Made by a program: the position numbers and the translations under genes. Of a stretch of DNA of 64,000 nucleotides, positions 13,324 through 27,514 are shown one piece after another. Below the pieces are notes generated by a model. That model worked only from the letters and a program-made list of their open reading frames with translations. It searched no databases and was not told the DNA's origin. The stretch lies in NCBI RefSeq assembly GCF_009914755.1, contig NC_060931.1; one strand, given 5' to 3'. Positions within the stretch are counted from its first letter, which is position 1. Each line of letters starts with the position of its first letter. Origin of the DNA: the human T2T-CHM13v2.0 reference genome, Homo sapiens.

Positions 13324-14544
13324 AGGTCAGTGTCCTTTTGGATAGAGGTCGAATGGATCGGTTATTGGAAAAGAAACCCACAGAGAAATATGTTAGAAAG
13401 GAATTTTTGCAAGCAAAGAACCAAACAAACAAATAGCAAATTGTACGTCATCAGTGGAGACTGGTTTTCTACCAGATGAATGACCCTCATTAACATGAGG
13501 AAGCATGTATGGATATTCAGTACACATGGTCCTACTTATTGATAGGCATGAATTTGATTGTACGGAACTTTCCTGGAGCAATGTACGTGTTGTGTGTCAG
13601 GAAAGGCTCTGTTCAGGAATGCGATAGGCCTTGGGTGCCTTGAATGGGAGAGTAATACGTAAGCAGACCAACTGATGGGAAAAGTCTCAATATAGAGGTA
13701 AGAGAGGGTGGGGAGACTCATGTGAGGGGTAGTTTAAAAGAGGCAGTCTGTTAAGCTTATGCCTGGACGTAAATAGCAGATGAATTTGGAGTTAGAAGAA
13801 GTTTCTTGGCTTTCTTGGTGAGGTTTGAGACTCGGGTTCTGTGGCGGTACAGTCTTGCTAAGTCACAGATTTTTGAACCCAAAACATTCAGCCCATTCTC
13901 CTTGTCACAACTCTCTTACCTCTTTTCTCATGTAGGCTTCTGTATACAGAGCTAGAACTGGCAAGTTAGAGTGGACCTTTTACTTTAATTGTGGAAGGAG
14001 GGCAAGCAGCCCCTGAGAAAATAAGAGTCTCTAACAAAATGCACTTATACCCTCCAGACCTGTCTACTTTACCAGAATGGGTGTGCCGGGATACAGAATA
14101 CCCTAGTACCACAAAATAACTTCAACTGCAAACAATTAAACTAGTAAGTATTTAAGGAACATTTGCTATGTGCCAGAAACTGCTTAGTGCTGGATATGTA
14201 TTAGTCGTTGTAAGTAGATGTCGGAGGAGGAGGAAGAGGGTATATATCACCACTGTGTGTACGAAAAAAATGATATAAAGAGTTGAACCGAGTGGCATGA
14301 TGAGAAAAACTTCTGCTTGGATATCATTGTATGAAAGGGCGATGCCTGGACCTTACTGGCCACAAGTTAGCAGCTATCTGCCCCCATGAATGGATCATAA
14401 AAGATGTCTTCCAATGTGCTGACATCATGTAGCCACAGGACCAATGCTGGAAGAATTTCCTGTGGCGTTATTATCCTGTGTAATTAATAAGACACTATTA
14501 ATCAACAGCTTGACTCACAGATTCTGTGACTTGCATCCAAAGCC

Positions 14545-14968
14545 CACTACTGGATGTCTCAAGTCTTTGCCATCTCTCACTTTATTTCAATAGCCTCCTA
14601 GTTTGTTCCTGCCTCAGGATCCTTCCGCTTGCTGTTCATCTGCCTTGAATGCTATTCCTAAGATTTTTCCATGGCCTGGTGCCCCACTTTATTTAGTTGG
14701 TTTCTCAAATGCCATCTCCCAAGAAAGGTCCTCTTCATCCAAAATAGCCCCCCTCCCCCCATCTCTCCAATTACTGCCGAACCCCTTACGATACTTTGAC
14801 TTTCTGCATAGCACGTATCACTACCTTTCTTTCCATATATACATTTAGCTTCTTTGTCTGTTCATTGTTTGTAATGTCTATTCTATTATAATATAAGCAT
14901 CATTTTGGGCACAGACTTCATCTGCCAAACATATACTAGGTATCCAGTAAATCCGATCAATGAATTCA
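14545..14968 (+). mobile_element. L2 3' region
   Basis: cctgcctcaggatccttccgcttgctgtt..ctcaaatgccatctcc..taggtatccagtaaat..aatgaat. Confidence 0.65.
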
Positions 14969-15045
14969 TACAGTATAACCTAGCAAGGAATATCATCAAT
15001 GAAAAAAAGAAAAGACACAAAAGACCTAAAAGAAATAAGAAGACA

Positions 15046-15398
<353 letters not shown>

Positions 15399-15849
15399 TG
15401 TATAGTATATCCAAAATAAAGAACTGCTTTTTTTGTGGTTATGCTTTTCTTTTTCCCTCACGAAGGCCAAATCTCCTGTGTGCTTCAATAGAAATCAGTG
15501 ATGAGAAAAAAGTAGCAGGTATCAGATTAAACCGGCCTCCATGTGATGATCATCTGTTAGCTTTAGTATTGTCTCAAATGAAAAACTCACAAAACACTCC
15601 AAGTTCCCTGCCATTGCTGAATTTAATCTTTGGAATGTTTTGAACCCCGTGCATGAATTATATCAATTTTACTTAGGGAAGGTCCTGTGGTATCTCAAAG
15701 TCACTTAGCTCAGTTTCTCTAGGTTTTGTGGGAATATTACCCTTTAGGTATGTAAATAATATTTATTTCAAATCAAAATCATAAGTGAAATCCTAAAGCA
15801 TTGCTATTAAATGTCTAGGCTAAAATGAAGATACCTGCTTTTGCCACTA

Positions 15850-16225
15850 CTATTTTGAAATGTAGACTCACAAGAAGTTGTAAAAATAATGCACAGAATC
15901 CTATAAAACCTTCACCCCACTTCTGCCAGTGGTGAAATGTTGCATAACTGGAGTGTGGCATAAAGACTGAGAAACTGACATTTATATAATACTGTTAACT
16001 AGAATAGAAACGTTACTCAGTTTTCACTGGTTTCAGTATGCCCTCATTTGCATGTGTGTGTGTGTGTGTAAATAATTCTAAATTCTATACAATTTGATCC
16101 TACGCATAGATTCATTTAATCGCCTCCACAATCAAGATGTGCAACTGATCCGCCATGACAGAGGAACTCCCTCGAGCGACCCCTATAAAACTCCCCTGTT
16201 GCACCCCCTCCCACCTCATTGCCCC
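15850..16225 (-). mobile_element. L1MC-type 3'UTR nested in a + strand old L1 ORF2 fragment (15790-16390)
   Basis: tagactcacaagaagttgtaaaaataatgcacaga; flanks read cactactattt / ttaacattg..ctagccaat..tcattatttgcaaatgatatg (ORF2 RT region). Confidence 0.6.
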
Positions 16226-16404
16226 TGCCGTTTAACATTGTTTTCAAATGTCTAGCCAATATAATTAGCCAAGATAAGTAGTAGTAACACTATTGGCAAA
16301 GAAAAGTGAGAATGAAACATATCATTATTTGCAAATGATATGTTTATCTCTTGAGAAAAATCCAAAATAATGGATTGAAACTATTAATTTGAGATTTTCT
16401 GTAT

Positions 16405-16588
16405 AATTATGATTAAGAACATACACTCTGAAGCCTGCTATGTGGGTTTGGATCCCAGCTCCACCACAGACTAGCTGTCAGTCCTCTGGGAAATCACTTA
16501 ACCTCTCTGTAGAGGTTTCCCTCATCTGTAAAGCAGGGCTAGTAAGAGTACCTACCTCACTGAGTTGAGAGGATTAAAGAATATAATA
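16405..16588 (+). mobile_element. MIR
   Basis: gggtttggatcccagctccacca..cacttaacctctctg..ctcatctgtaaa core. Confidence 0.85.
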
Positions 16589-17632
16589 CAGGCATACCTC
16601 TAAGATATTGTGGGTTTGCTCCAGACTACCCCAATTTGCAAATATTGCAATAAGTGAGTCACATGAATTTTTTGGTTTCCAGTGCATATAAAAGTTATGT
16701 TTATACTATAGTTTATTAAGTGTGCAATAGCATTATGTCTAAAAATTTACATACCTTAATTCAAAAATACTTTATTTTAAAATATAATAGCAATCACCTG
16801 AGCCTTCAGCAAGTCTTTTTGATGGTACAGGGTCTTACCTCATTGGTGATGGCTGCTGACTGATCAGTCTGATGGTTGCTGAAGGGTGGGGTGACTGTGG
16901 CAACTTCTTAAAATAAGACAACAGTGAAGTTTGCCCCATCAATTGATGTCTTCCTTTCACAAAAGATTTCTCTGTAATGTGCACTGCTTGCTGCTCTTTT
17001 ACCCATAGTAGAACGTCTTCCAAAATTGGAGTCACTCCTCTCAAATCCTGCTGCTGCTTTATCAACTAAGAGTATGTAATGTTCTAAATCCTTTGTTGTC
17101 ATGTGAACAAAGTTCAGAGTGCCTCCACCAGGAGTAGGTTCCATCTTAACACATCATTTTCTTTGCTTATCCATAAGAAATACCTCATCATTGGTTACAG
17201 TTTATTATGAGATTGTAGCAATTCAGTCATGTCTTCAGACTCCACTGCTAATTCTAGTTCTCTTGCCGTTTCTACCACATCTGCACTTACTTCTTCCACT
17301 GCAATGCTGAACCCCTCAAACTCACCCATGAGGGGTGGAGTCAGCTTCTCCCAAACTCCTGTTAATGTTGATATTTTGACCTCCTCTCATGAATCCCGAA
17401 TGTTCTTGATGGCATCTAGAATGATGAATGCTTTTCAGAAGGTTTTTGATTGACTTTTCCAAGACCATCAGAGGAGTCATCATCCGTGGCAGCTATAGAC
17501 TTACAAAATGCATTTCTTAAATAGTAAGACGTGAAAGTCAAATTTACTCCTTGATTCATAGGCTGCAGAATGGATGCTGTGGCATGAAACCAACATTCAT
17601 CTCCATGAGAACTCTTGGGTAACCAGGTGCAT
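16589..17632 (-). mobile_element. Tigger1 (TcMar-Tigger) 3' part with degenerate transposase
   Basis: TA then TIR caggcatacctc; ORF 16908-17144 gives MTTKDLEHYILLVDKAAAGFERSDSNF, a Tigger1 transposase C-terminal motif. Confidence 0.92.
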
Positions 17633-18010
17633 GATGTAATATATAAATTAGGAAACTAGGAGAGAAAAATCCAGGCATGATAATAGAAAATTTTGCAAAC
17701 AGTGTGACACAGAACTACCTAGGTAAATAGATGGAAAAAGTCATTCTCACTGGTAATTAGAAATGTATTTTATACCATAACCAACATTTAGTTTCTACTA
17801 CCCAATAGGCAAGTCTTTAGAAAATAATGACATAACAACCACTGTCTGTGTGTACTTGTAAGGGTGGAGTAACATGTTTGTGCTATTTTCTTGCAATATT
17901 TATTGAAGGCATTCAAAGTGTATGTAACATTCTGACAGTTAAATTTTAAAGAATTCTGAGAATTGATTAGATGCACTGTGGCTTTTGTTTACTAAGATTT
18001 TATTTATAGT

Positions 18011-18460
18011 CATTCTTTTATTTAGCAAATGCTGTCGTGGGCCTTGTCTATGCAGGACAGCATGCTAAGCACTAGGAATAGAGTAGTGATGAAAACAGGA
18101 AGACAAGCATTAAATAAATCATGGGGCAAAGGGAAATAATCACTAGTGTTGAAAGAGGAAGTATTGTACTAGGTAGCTGAGGGCCTGTAACTAGAGGATT
18201 TAACTTAGCCTGGGGTGTGTGTGTGTGTGTGTGTATGGTGAGGGGTTTTCACTGAAGAGTTGATGAATGTTGAAACGCAGAGGAGTGGTAAGAGGCAGGG
18301 AGGAGGGAAGGGAGGATTAAGGTGTGAGGTAACCAGCAGCAGACCCTGTACAGGGAGGCTGGAGGCTGGAGCAGAGAGAGGACATGACGGGGTGAAAGGT
18401 AACTCTGGAGATATAGGAAGGGGTCACAGCACCTTTTAGGAAAATCTAAGATTTTAGCCA
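18011..18460 (-). mobile_element. L2 relic containing (TG)n at 18215-18233
   Basis: tcattcttttatttagcaaatg..ctatgcaggacagcatgctaagcactaggaatagag. Confidence 0.6.
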
Positions 18461-19657
18461 GGAAACTGATACGAAAAATAATGTTTTCAAGGGAGATTTA
18501 GTAATACAATTATAATGATAGAATATTAGTATATATTTGATTATACTGTATATCACAGTTACTATATGTGTTATAGTATGTATCATGATCATTATATACT
18601 ATATAACCATTAAATGATATTTTAATGATAAATGATGACATAATAGTTAATGCTATAATATTAAACGTTGAAAGCAGGGTACAAAACAGCATGTTTGGTT
18701 TAATCCTAATTTTGAAAAGGAAAAATGATGTATCTAACATACACTGAACTCTAAATTGTTTTTACGGTGATTTTTCTGTGTAGCAGGATAGAGGCTGCTT
18801 TTTTATAGTTCCTTTATTTCCCGGATTCTCTAAAAATGAATAGGTGTTACTGTTTACTTAGAAAAATTGTACTATTTGAGAAAAACAGATTTAGTTTATC
18901 TTGGAACATTTCATTGAATAGCCTGTATATATTATAACGGGCTTATGGAATAATACTGAAAAATATCCATTAAATGGCGAGTAGTCAGGTCCAGTGTTGG
19001 CTTTTGTCCCTGTGAGGTCTCCTTCACTGTGTATGTTTCCATTAAGGACCCTTAAGGTTCAGAGTTTTTGTTGAAATACACTATTCAGTCACATGGATCT
19101 GGGAGGAAAACTGAAACCAGCTGGCCTTGGGCAGTTGCTTTAGAAATTCTAATACATGTTCAGTTTCCTCATGCTTCATGTATTGAACTGTAAAAATTCT
19201 CTTTTGGTTACCATCACACAATCACAGGGCAAATTAAATCTCATCCCTGTTTCATTTGACTGGGAACAAAAAACAAATCTTAAAATTTAAGAGTACTTGG
19301 TACAACCCTATAATTACTATACATAAATCCAAGGTTTCAGGTACCGAATGCTTTTGTTTTGAGATTACAGCATCACCGTTGTTCAGGTAAATATGATTCA
19401 TCCTGTCCAGACAATTTTTTGTTGTTGTTCTACAGGAATTCATTGACAATAATAACATTCTAGTTTGTGGTAGGTTTCAGTATACTAGGAAAAAAAATCA
19501 ACCAACCAACCAACCCAACTCACACTTAGATGGAGACATGCCAGTAATGCGAATATTTTCAACAGAGCATATTCTCACTATTCTTTGCCTTCAGAATTTA
19601 ATCAGATGATATAATAGATAAGTACATGAAAGAAGGTTAAGGAGAACATCACCTCTT

Positions 19658-20211
<554 letters not shown>

Positions 20212-20924
20212 CTAGCTCATAGTTAAACCTTGGTGCAGAGAGAGAGAGAAAGCACCTCGTGGGCTGGCATTCTAGTGTTCTGGTCTCCTGTATTCTAATG
20301 GTAGTCATGGACCCTACAAATCCCAAGGCAGAAGCTGTCTTGGTGTAAAATAGCAGCAATAAAAATTAATTTAGACTGAGTCAGTACTGTAAAGAAGAAA
20401 CAAAAATGAAAACAAAATCTCACCTTTCCCAGCTGTGTGAATCAATATAAATTGGTTCAACATGAGCTCTTGTTAGAATCTGGGTGTTTTTCACACTTTG
20501 TAATACAAAGCTCACATAGGCTTTACAGATGATGGTTAAAACGTGTGTGTTAGGGTCCAATAAGTGACTTCTTTGCCTAGCAGAAAATTCACCTCATTTA
20601 TTGAACAAAATTGGCAAAAAATGTTTCACTCTGAATGTTTGGTTATTTTGACTGGTTCAATTAAAAATCACTTCTTCGTATTTGTTTATCATTGCAAAAG
20701 AGGACTGGAGAGTTAGAACTTACATCTCTAAAAGAAGGTGTTTGATTTAATCAGAAAAGTGACTATTTGGAGAACAAGGACTGGGAAAGAGGTGTTAATT
20801 GCATTGGAGAAGAGTGGCAAGGAAACTAAACCATTTAATTTCGAAGTCTACTATCCTGTGCTCAATCCACAAGCAGGTAAAGAATGTAAATTTATAATTT
20901 ATATGCACTGCCTTCTATAAGTAA

Positions 20925-21286
20925 TGTTAGAGAATCAACTCTTCAGTGATACTTGTTAAAGACCAGTAAGGAAGACTTTATTTAGGACCATTGCAATAGG
21001 TATAGGAACAGCGGGATTTTGCAGTGGGCGAGAGAGATTGAGAGGGATTGCAGAGAGAGATTGAGTTCAACTCCAAAAACAGCATAGGCCAGTGGGAATT
21101 CATAGCCAAGGAGTAGTGTGGGGGTCAGCGGATGGAAAATGAGCAAGAGGAAGCATCAGCGCTCTGACTGAACTGATTTAACTGAGTTCTTTGCTCAAAT
21201 TGGATTTTCCAAAGAAATATGCAGATAAGTCTAGGAGAAGGTTCAGAAGCCCCACTGAAGTTTGGCCATGCAAAGAATCTTTGTCA
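20925..21286 (-). mobile_element. ERV1 solo LTR (MER31/MER67-like)
   Basis: TG..CA ends, perfect 4-bp TSD gtaa; minus strand begins tgacaaagattctttgcatggccaaacttcag. Confidence 0.75.
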
Positions 21287-24200
21287 GTAAATACTAGTGA
21301 AATAAATGAAATCTGATAGAGACAAATAGGATACGACAATCTCTAATCCTGCCATGTCTTTACACCTTTCTCTTTTGCACTGATCCTGCTTCAGTTGTGA
21401 AACTGTGCCTGGATGTAGCGCTAACAGCACAGAAGAGGTATATGTCAAGCCTGTCCTCTTTATGCGACTGTTTTACCTCCCTGCGGGTGCAGAATCTTTA
21501 CCTTTTGAGAACTGTCTTTTTCCTTCCCAAGAGTGGGCCTGCCCCCCACCATCAGCAATACCTTCGAGCTCCACCCTGCAGCCACTGTCACAAAGGAAGG
21601 CTGGGGACCTTCTTGCTGTTGTTGGTCCCACTCTTCCTCCAGTCGCTGTGTGGCTACCAGCCTGAGGGCTCTTGCTCCTGGCATTACAGGACATTCAAGC
21701 CCTTACTAAAATAAAACTGACATTTTAGCCTGTGTTTTTTATGAGTATTTCAGTCTTCTGAAGGTCTGATGATCCTTCTCAAGGTATCAAATAAGAGAGC
21801 TAATAAACTAGGATGATGCCCCTCTTTACTTCCTGTCCTGTAAACCTTGAAGTCAGCACCTCCCTTCATGAATCCTTGCTGCTGCGTCGCCCTCTCCAAG
21901 ATGCTGCCTATGGCAAACTAAATGTGAGAGATAGAACCAGAGGACAAGATAGAAGAACTTCGGCGGGGGGTGGGGGGAGGAGGGAGGAGGGAGGAATGGG
22001 GAGCAGGGACAGCACTCTGGAGAGTGGTCCAGTGCCTCCAATGCTTCAAAGCCTGGCCATCCCGTCATTGCCCAGTAAGGATGCTTTTTACAGGCCTGGA
22101 TCATGGTCAGGGACAATTCTGATAGCCACACCGACTTCCTCTTCAAAGGTCCTTTTTCTCAAAAGAAACCATTTAGCCTTTCAGGGACTGCAGTACCGAG
22201 CTCTGTGATCCAGCACAGCTGACAGATGCGGAAGGGGGTTCCAGTCAAGGAGGCTTCCAACCAGTGCCCTGAGGTCACCTTGCCTGGTGATTGACACCCT
22301 TGGGCTCCAGATAGCCCTCCCCTTCCATTTCCTCTGAGGACCGCTCCCTTCTGAAAGCCCTGGGAAACTGGTTTTCTACTTCCTTTCTTTTTCTCATTCC
22401 GTGATGAAATTTGTGTGGTTATATCTAATATTTTGAAACATTACAAACAATGGGGAAGAGACGAAAGATAGTGTTTCATGGGAGGTGTATTTGAGATAGG
22501 CAGAAGAGGAAACAAGCTTTCAGCCAATGGGAAAAGTACTCCTTTGGCCTTCTATGATTGACATTTCAGAACAAGCTTTTGGGAGAAAGTTAACCAATAA
22601 ACACTTTCTAAGTTACTGCCTGTATTATTGAACGTATATTGCACTTTTCGTTTTCATCTTGCACAACCTGATAGGTGAGCCTGAAATTGGCTCTGTTAAC
22701 TGTTCTCCATTAGCTTTTATTCACTCTTATTAGGGACTGCAGTCTATGTAATGAATTTATTGGATCAATTATTTGTATCTTAATGCATGTTTAGGACTTC
22801 AAAGACCCCTTTCTTTTGATTTTTTTCCTCATTTAAATAGTTTTCTGAACATCACAGTTTTGGTGCCTTCACTTTGATACATAATTACTATTCTGCAAGT
22901 GAGCTTAATACTTTTAATGCCGTCTGACCTCAAGATTTTAATAGAATTAAATGCAAACAAGATGAGGAAAGAAGAGTCATGGGGAAACTTGACTTGTTAC
23001 TGAGCTTTGGGAAAAACTTTAAACTCTTGGTCAAAGTGATTTTCTGTTAAGAAATCAAAAACGTGCCAGCAGATGCCTTTAAAGACAACATTTATAGAAA
23101 TTATTTTTTTTTGAGAGTTTGATTTTAGTATTCTAGCATGGATTTACGTCATCTGATACTGGATAGTATAATCTTTTTTCCTCATCCTCTAACCCTCAAT
23201 TCTTAAAACTCCGTGAATCCATTTCTTTCTTTGCATTTTTATTATTGTGCATCATGAGACTCATCTTCAAAGGCAAGAGCCTTATTATTGGGAAACAATT
23301 GTGTAGTAAATGCTTATTTGTTATTTCTCTCTATAGTTTTTTCTCTATATAGTATAGTAGTATCTCTATTATCTTAACACAGTCTTGGAAATACCCACAG
23401 TATTTGTAATAAATGTATAATAAGTATGTCAAATTTATTTTCTATCTAAATTTTGTTGTTATCTCAGTCTTAAATTCCATCCCTCCCAAATTGCTATTTC
23501 TCCACCCTGAAAGATAAAGGGTAGCCCACGTTGATACTACTCGGTGTCTGCCCAATCACAGGAAGGCACTGAGATCTTTCAATGTACTGCCATCACATCA
23601 CTAAGATGGGTGAGGTGGGGATCAAAAATTGAGAGAACTAGGATGGCGGCAATATTTTCAGGAATGGTCATTAATAAGCTAGTTATGAGATTGTCATATT
23701 TAAATTTCATGACTGTTTTTCAACCTGAATGTATGGAAATAAAAATTATAAACCCTCTTCATTTTATGAACCTTATTTTTGAATTTCCCTGGAATCTATT
23801 GCTATTAAAGCCATTAATTCCTTACTGTAAAACGTCACTATCAAGAAAAAGCTAAAAACATCACCATCAGTATTAGAGATGCAAGCATGCAGGTTTCCTA
23901 AACTGAAGAGACATTGCCCCTTAATGAGCCTTTACAAAACAAGAGAAGATCATTTTTGAGCTTAATATTAGAACCAAAAAGAGAAATGCAAGGCAGTAGC
24001 CCATTGCAAGAAAGAAAACAGGAATGCACTCAGCCAGGTTGCAGTCACCCCCAGACAGGAAGGTTCTTGCCGTTTATTGCAGTTGCCTCTGATTCCTCCC
24101 TCGAAGTCTGGGAGCCTTAAGGGTGAACAGCCTACAACCAAGCCACGTTCTCCCGACAATTCTGTAAACCTGTTTATCACAGGCAAATTTTCAGGTGTCT

Positions 24201-25529
24201 GACTATAGTGGGATTTTTTATTATCAATGAAATGCATGAAGTGACAGGCCTTGGTTGGTGAAGTGGCTTTTGTAGACTGAATATGGCTGAGTATGTACAG
24301 CCAATAATACATTTTAAAAGGCATGTTTCCACGTAGCTAGAATTGAATACTTGGTATTACTGTCCTTATTTTCTTCTTTTTACTGTATTTGATAAAATAC
24401 GTCCATGAGAATTCAGCATTCTCTATAAAATAAAATTTTGAAGGAAAGTAGAATGAAAAATAATTAATGATTTGATGAGGAAAATCTAAAAGAAATGTGT
24501 TATTTCTAGGCAGGTCCTCTTGGCTTTCCATTCAGGACTTCTGCCCAAACCATGAAAGCAAATGACTAGGCCATATGGAAATTGGTTGTAAAAGATGTTT
24601 TAGATTAGCCAGTCACTCCAGGAGCCTTTGATGTTATGCAGGCTAATGAAGTTGGCTCTTGGAGAGGTTTTTATTCAGCTGAACTGAATTTCTGAGAGAT
24701 TCATATTACATTTTCATACAGTTGTCTTGCTTCATACCCCAGGGATTTATTAAGTTATAATTGAATATTGTGTTTTTAAGAAAGTTTCTTAATGTATTAC
24801 ACCCTTCAGCAAATTTTGCTTGGTATTGTTTTGTCAAGATAATTTAATTTTACATTGGCTAATTTAGCCCATATTAATATTTCCCCTGAAATTCAGGTAA
24901 CTTAGCAAACTGTTACAGGTGGTGAGAAAGAAAACTCTTTTATTGAAGCATTAAAATGTTACATTATTGTGAGGTGAAATCTTTTATCAGCCTTTGGAGA
25001 TATTCTATCAAGGTCAGTAACATTGTATCTGTCAAAGAAAAGTTTTACTCCAAAAGTTGATTCTCCTTTCCTCAGTATCCCCTGTTCCCTGCATTCTCCA
25101 GTGTTCCTCCTTCCTCCCATCTCTTCCTGTCCCAGGGAAGTTCTCCCCGGATTGCTGACTGGAGAAACAGCATGACGTGGTTTCTAAGTAAGGGGAAGGG
25201 GGGTGGGGGGCGGAGTACTCCCTTGTCAGTGGTAACAATAGGCTGTGAATAATTCAGACATGATGAAAGAAAGTCTCATTTGACAAGATAGTACCCGATT
25301 CACTAAACAGCTAGTGTGGAAATAATGATGGCGTTAGTTAGGGGAATACAAGAAGTTCAAAAGTTTTGGTGGTTTTGAAAGGGAATCGCAGCACAGGGGC
25401 CTTCACCAGCTTCCCTTCTAATGTTCGTTTGTTACGCCTGGAGTTTCTTACATTACTGATTACGTCTCACTTGGGCGATGTTTTATCTAATTTCTGGAAA
25501 GGCTTTGTTTTATAAAGTGGGCTTGCTTC

Positions 25530-25962
25530 TGTGGAAATAAACAAAGACCAAATGAGAACAAACAGAGGCTATTTATTCAGAGCTTGCTATACCAAGGGAG
25601 CCATCCTTTGCTCTTGGCAGAGACTCAAAGGCAGCCAGAGGGGTGGGAAAGCTTCCAAGTGAAAGAAGGAGGCTTCCAGCTCACTCTGATTGGAGGCTGT
25701 TGGCCTGGGGAAGCCGGAAGTGGGCTTACTAGAAAGGGGGCGTGTTGTGTGGTTGGTGTGGGGAGCGTATTTGGCTTCCTCTGATTGGCCTTGAGTTGGA
25801 AAGGGTTGGGGAGCGAAAATAGGGACGACTCAGTCACTGGCCAAGTGCTGACTGTTCGGTGCCCATGACTGCAGAGGTTGTGTTTTGGCTTCCTGGGTTT
25901 CTCACGCGGGTGGGAGTTGACATACACGGTCTGGCCATTGTCTGTCTGCATAGTCCGCCTCA
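25530..25962 (-). mobile_element. ERV solo LTR (subfamily uncertain)
   Basis: TG..CA ends; tttatt (minus-strand polyA signal); two ctgattgg CCAAT boxes; ccggaagt ETS motif. Confidence 0.6.
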
Positions 25963-26054
25963 CTGGATACTGAGAAATTTGCCTGGCAGTGTATGAACTG
26001 GATAAACTTGAGTGGGAAGTCTAAAATTATGAAGGATATTTGGACAGAATACTT

Positions 26055-26290
26055 AATTTTTTTAATTCGTACCCCACACTATTCACTCTTTATGAGGAAC
26101 AGAGTCTGATAACCACCTCCACAGCCAAAATACAGAACGTCATCTCAAAAAAGTTCTCCGTGTCGTTCATTTGTAACCAACTCCTTCCCCCCAACCCCTC
26201 ACCCCAAACAAACGCTGATAGGTTTGTTTGCCCCTGTAATTTTGTTATTTTCAGAATATCACATAAATGGCTACATGCAGTATGGAGCTT
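26055..26290 (-). mobile_element. Old L1 (L1MC/L1ME) 3'UTR
   Basis: aaaatacagaac..aaagttctccgtgtc..ttttcagaatatcacataaatgg..cagtatg. Confidence 0.65.
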
Positions 26291-27050
26291 TTTGAACCTG
26301 AGTCCCTTCACGTGGTATAGTGCATCTGACACATGCATGTTGTTGCATGTTTTGAATCTGACTCCTTTCACATGGCATAGTGCGTGTGACACATGCATGT
26401 TGTTGCATGTTTTGAATCTGACTCACATGGCATAGCACGTGTGACACATGTATATCGTTTTAACTCTGACTCCTTTCACATGGCATAGCACGTGTGACAC
26501 ATGCATATCTTTGATGTTTTGACCCTGACTCCTTTCACATGGCATAGCACATGTGACATATGTATATCGTGGTTTTAAATCTGACTCCTTTCACATGGCA
26601 TAGCACATGTGACACATGCATATCATTGATGTTTTGAACCTGACTCCTTTCACATGGCATAGCACATGTGACACATGCATATCATTGATGTTTTGAACCT
26701 GACTCCTTTCACATGGCATAGCACCTGTGACACATGCATATCTTTGATGCTTTGACCCTGAGTCCTTTCACATGGCATAGCACGTGTGACACATGCATAT
26801 CTTTGATGTTTTGACCCTGACTCCTTTCACATGGCATAGCACGTGTGACACATGCATACCATTGATGTTTTGAACCTGACTCCTTTCACATGGCATAGCA
26901 CATGTGACACATGCATATCATTGATGTTTTGAACCTGACTCCTTTCACATGGCATAGCACATGTGACACATGTATATCGTTGTTTTAAATCTGACTCCTT
27001 TCACATGGCATTGTGCGTGTGAGACATGTGTGTCATTGCATGTGTGTCAA
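26290..27050. repeat. Minisatellite, 13 copies of a ~59-bp unit (48-60 bp)
   Basis: Unit ctgactcctttcacatggcatagcacatgtgacacatgcatatcattgatgttttgaac; ctga anchors at 26298, 26358, 26418, 26466, 26525, 26581, 26640, 26699, 26758, 26817, 26876, 26935, 26991. Confidence 0.97.
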
Positions 27051-27514
27051 TAGCATCACTAGTTTATTCCTTTTTTTTTTTTAAAGAAAATGCTCAACTT
27101 TATATTTCATTTCAACAATTTGCTCCTAATGCCCTTTTCCTGCCCCAGGATCCTATCTAAGACCTTGTGCGTGTAGTCATGTCTTCTTGGTCTCCTCCAA
27201 TCTGTGACCATTTTTACTCTTTCTGTACTGTCTACAACTTTGACCCTTTTGAAGAGTCCTCGTCAGGCATCTTTGGGTCGTGTCCCTATATTTGGGTGTA
27301 TCTGTTGTTTCCTCATGCTTAGACTGGGGTTATGGATTTTGGGGAAGAATCCCACAGGGGTAAAGGACCCTTTTGATGATATCATATCGGGGGCACCGGT
27401 CATCACCATGACTTATTCCTGGCGATGCGAACCTTGACCCTTTGGTGAGGGTGGTGACAGTTAGGGTTTTCCACTATAAAGTTACCATTTTTTTTTCCGT
27501 ATCCTATTCTTGAA

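Noticed and set aside
16835-17453. Transposase-like ORFs as a domesticated TIGD gene
   Set aside because: Short frameshifted fragments of a truncated Tigger1 copy.
19416-19476. Acceptor ttgttctacag|gaattc with donor gtg|gtaggt (34-nt exon)
   Set aside because: Frame-shifting length, weak donor and no other support.
21397-22208. Overlapping ORF cluster as a small gene or processed pseudogene
   Set aside because: No recognisable protein motif, polyA or TSD; open frames on both strands are expected from the local GC content.
26290-27050. CRISPR-like repeat array
   Set aside because: Units are contiguous with no unique spacers, derive from L1 sequence, and no cas genes are present; this is human DNA.
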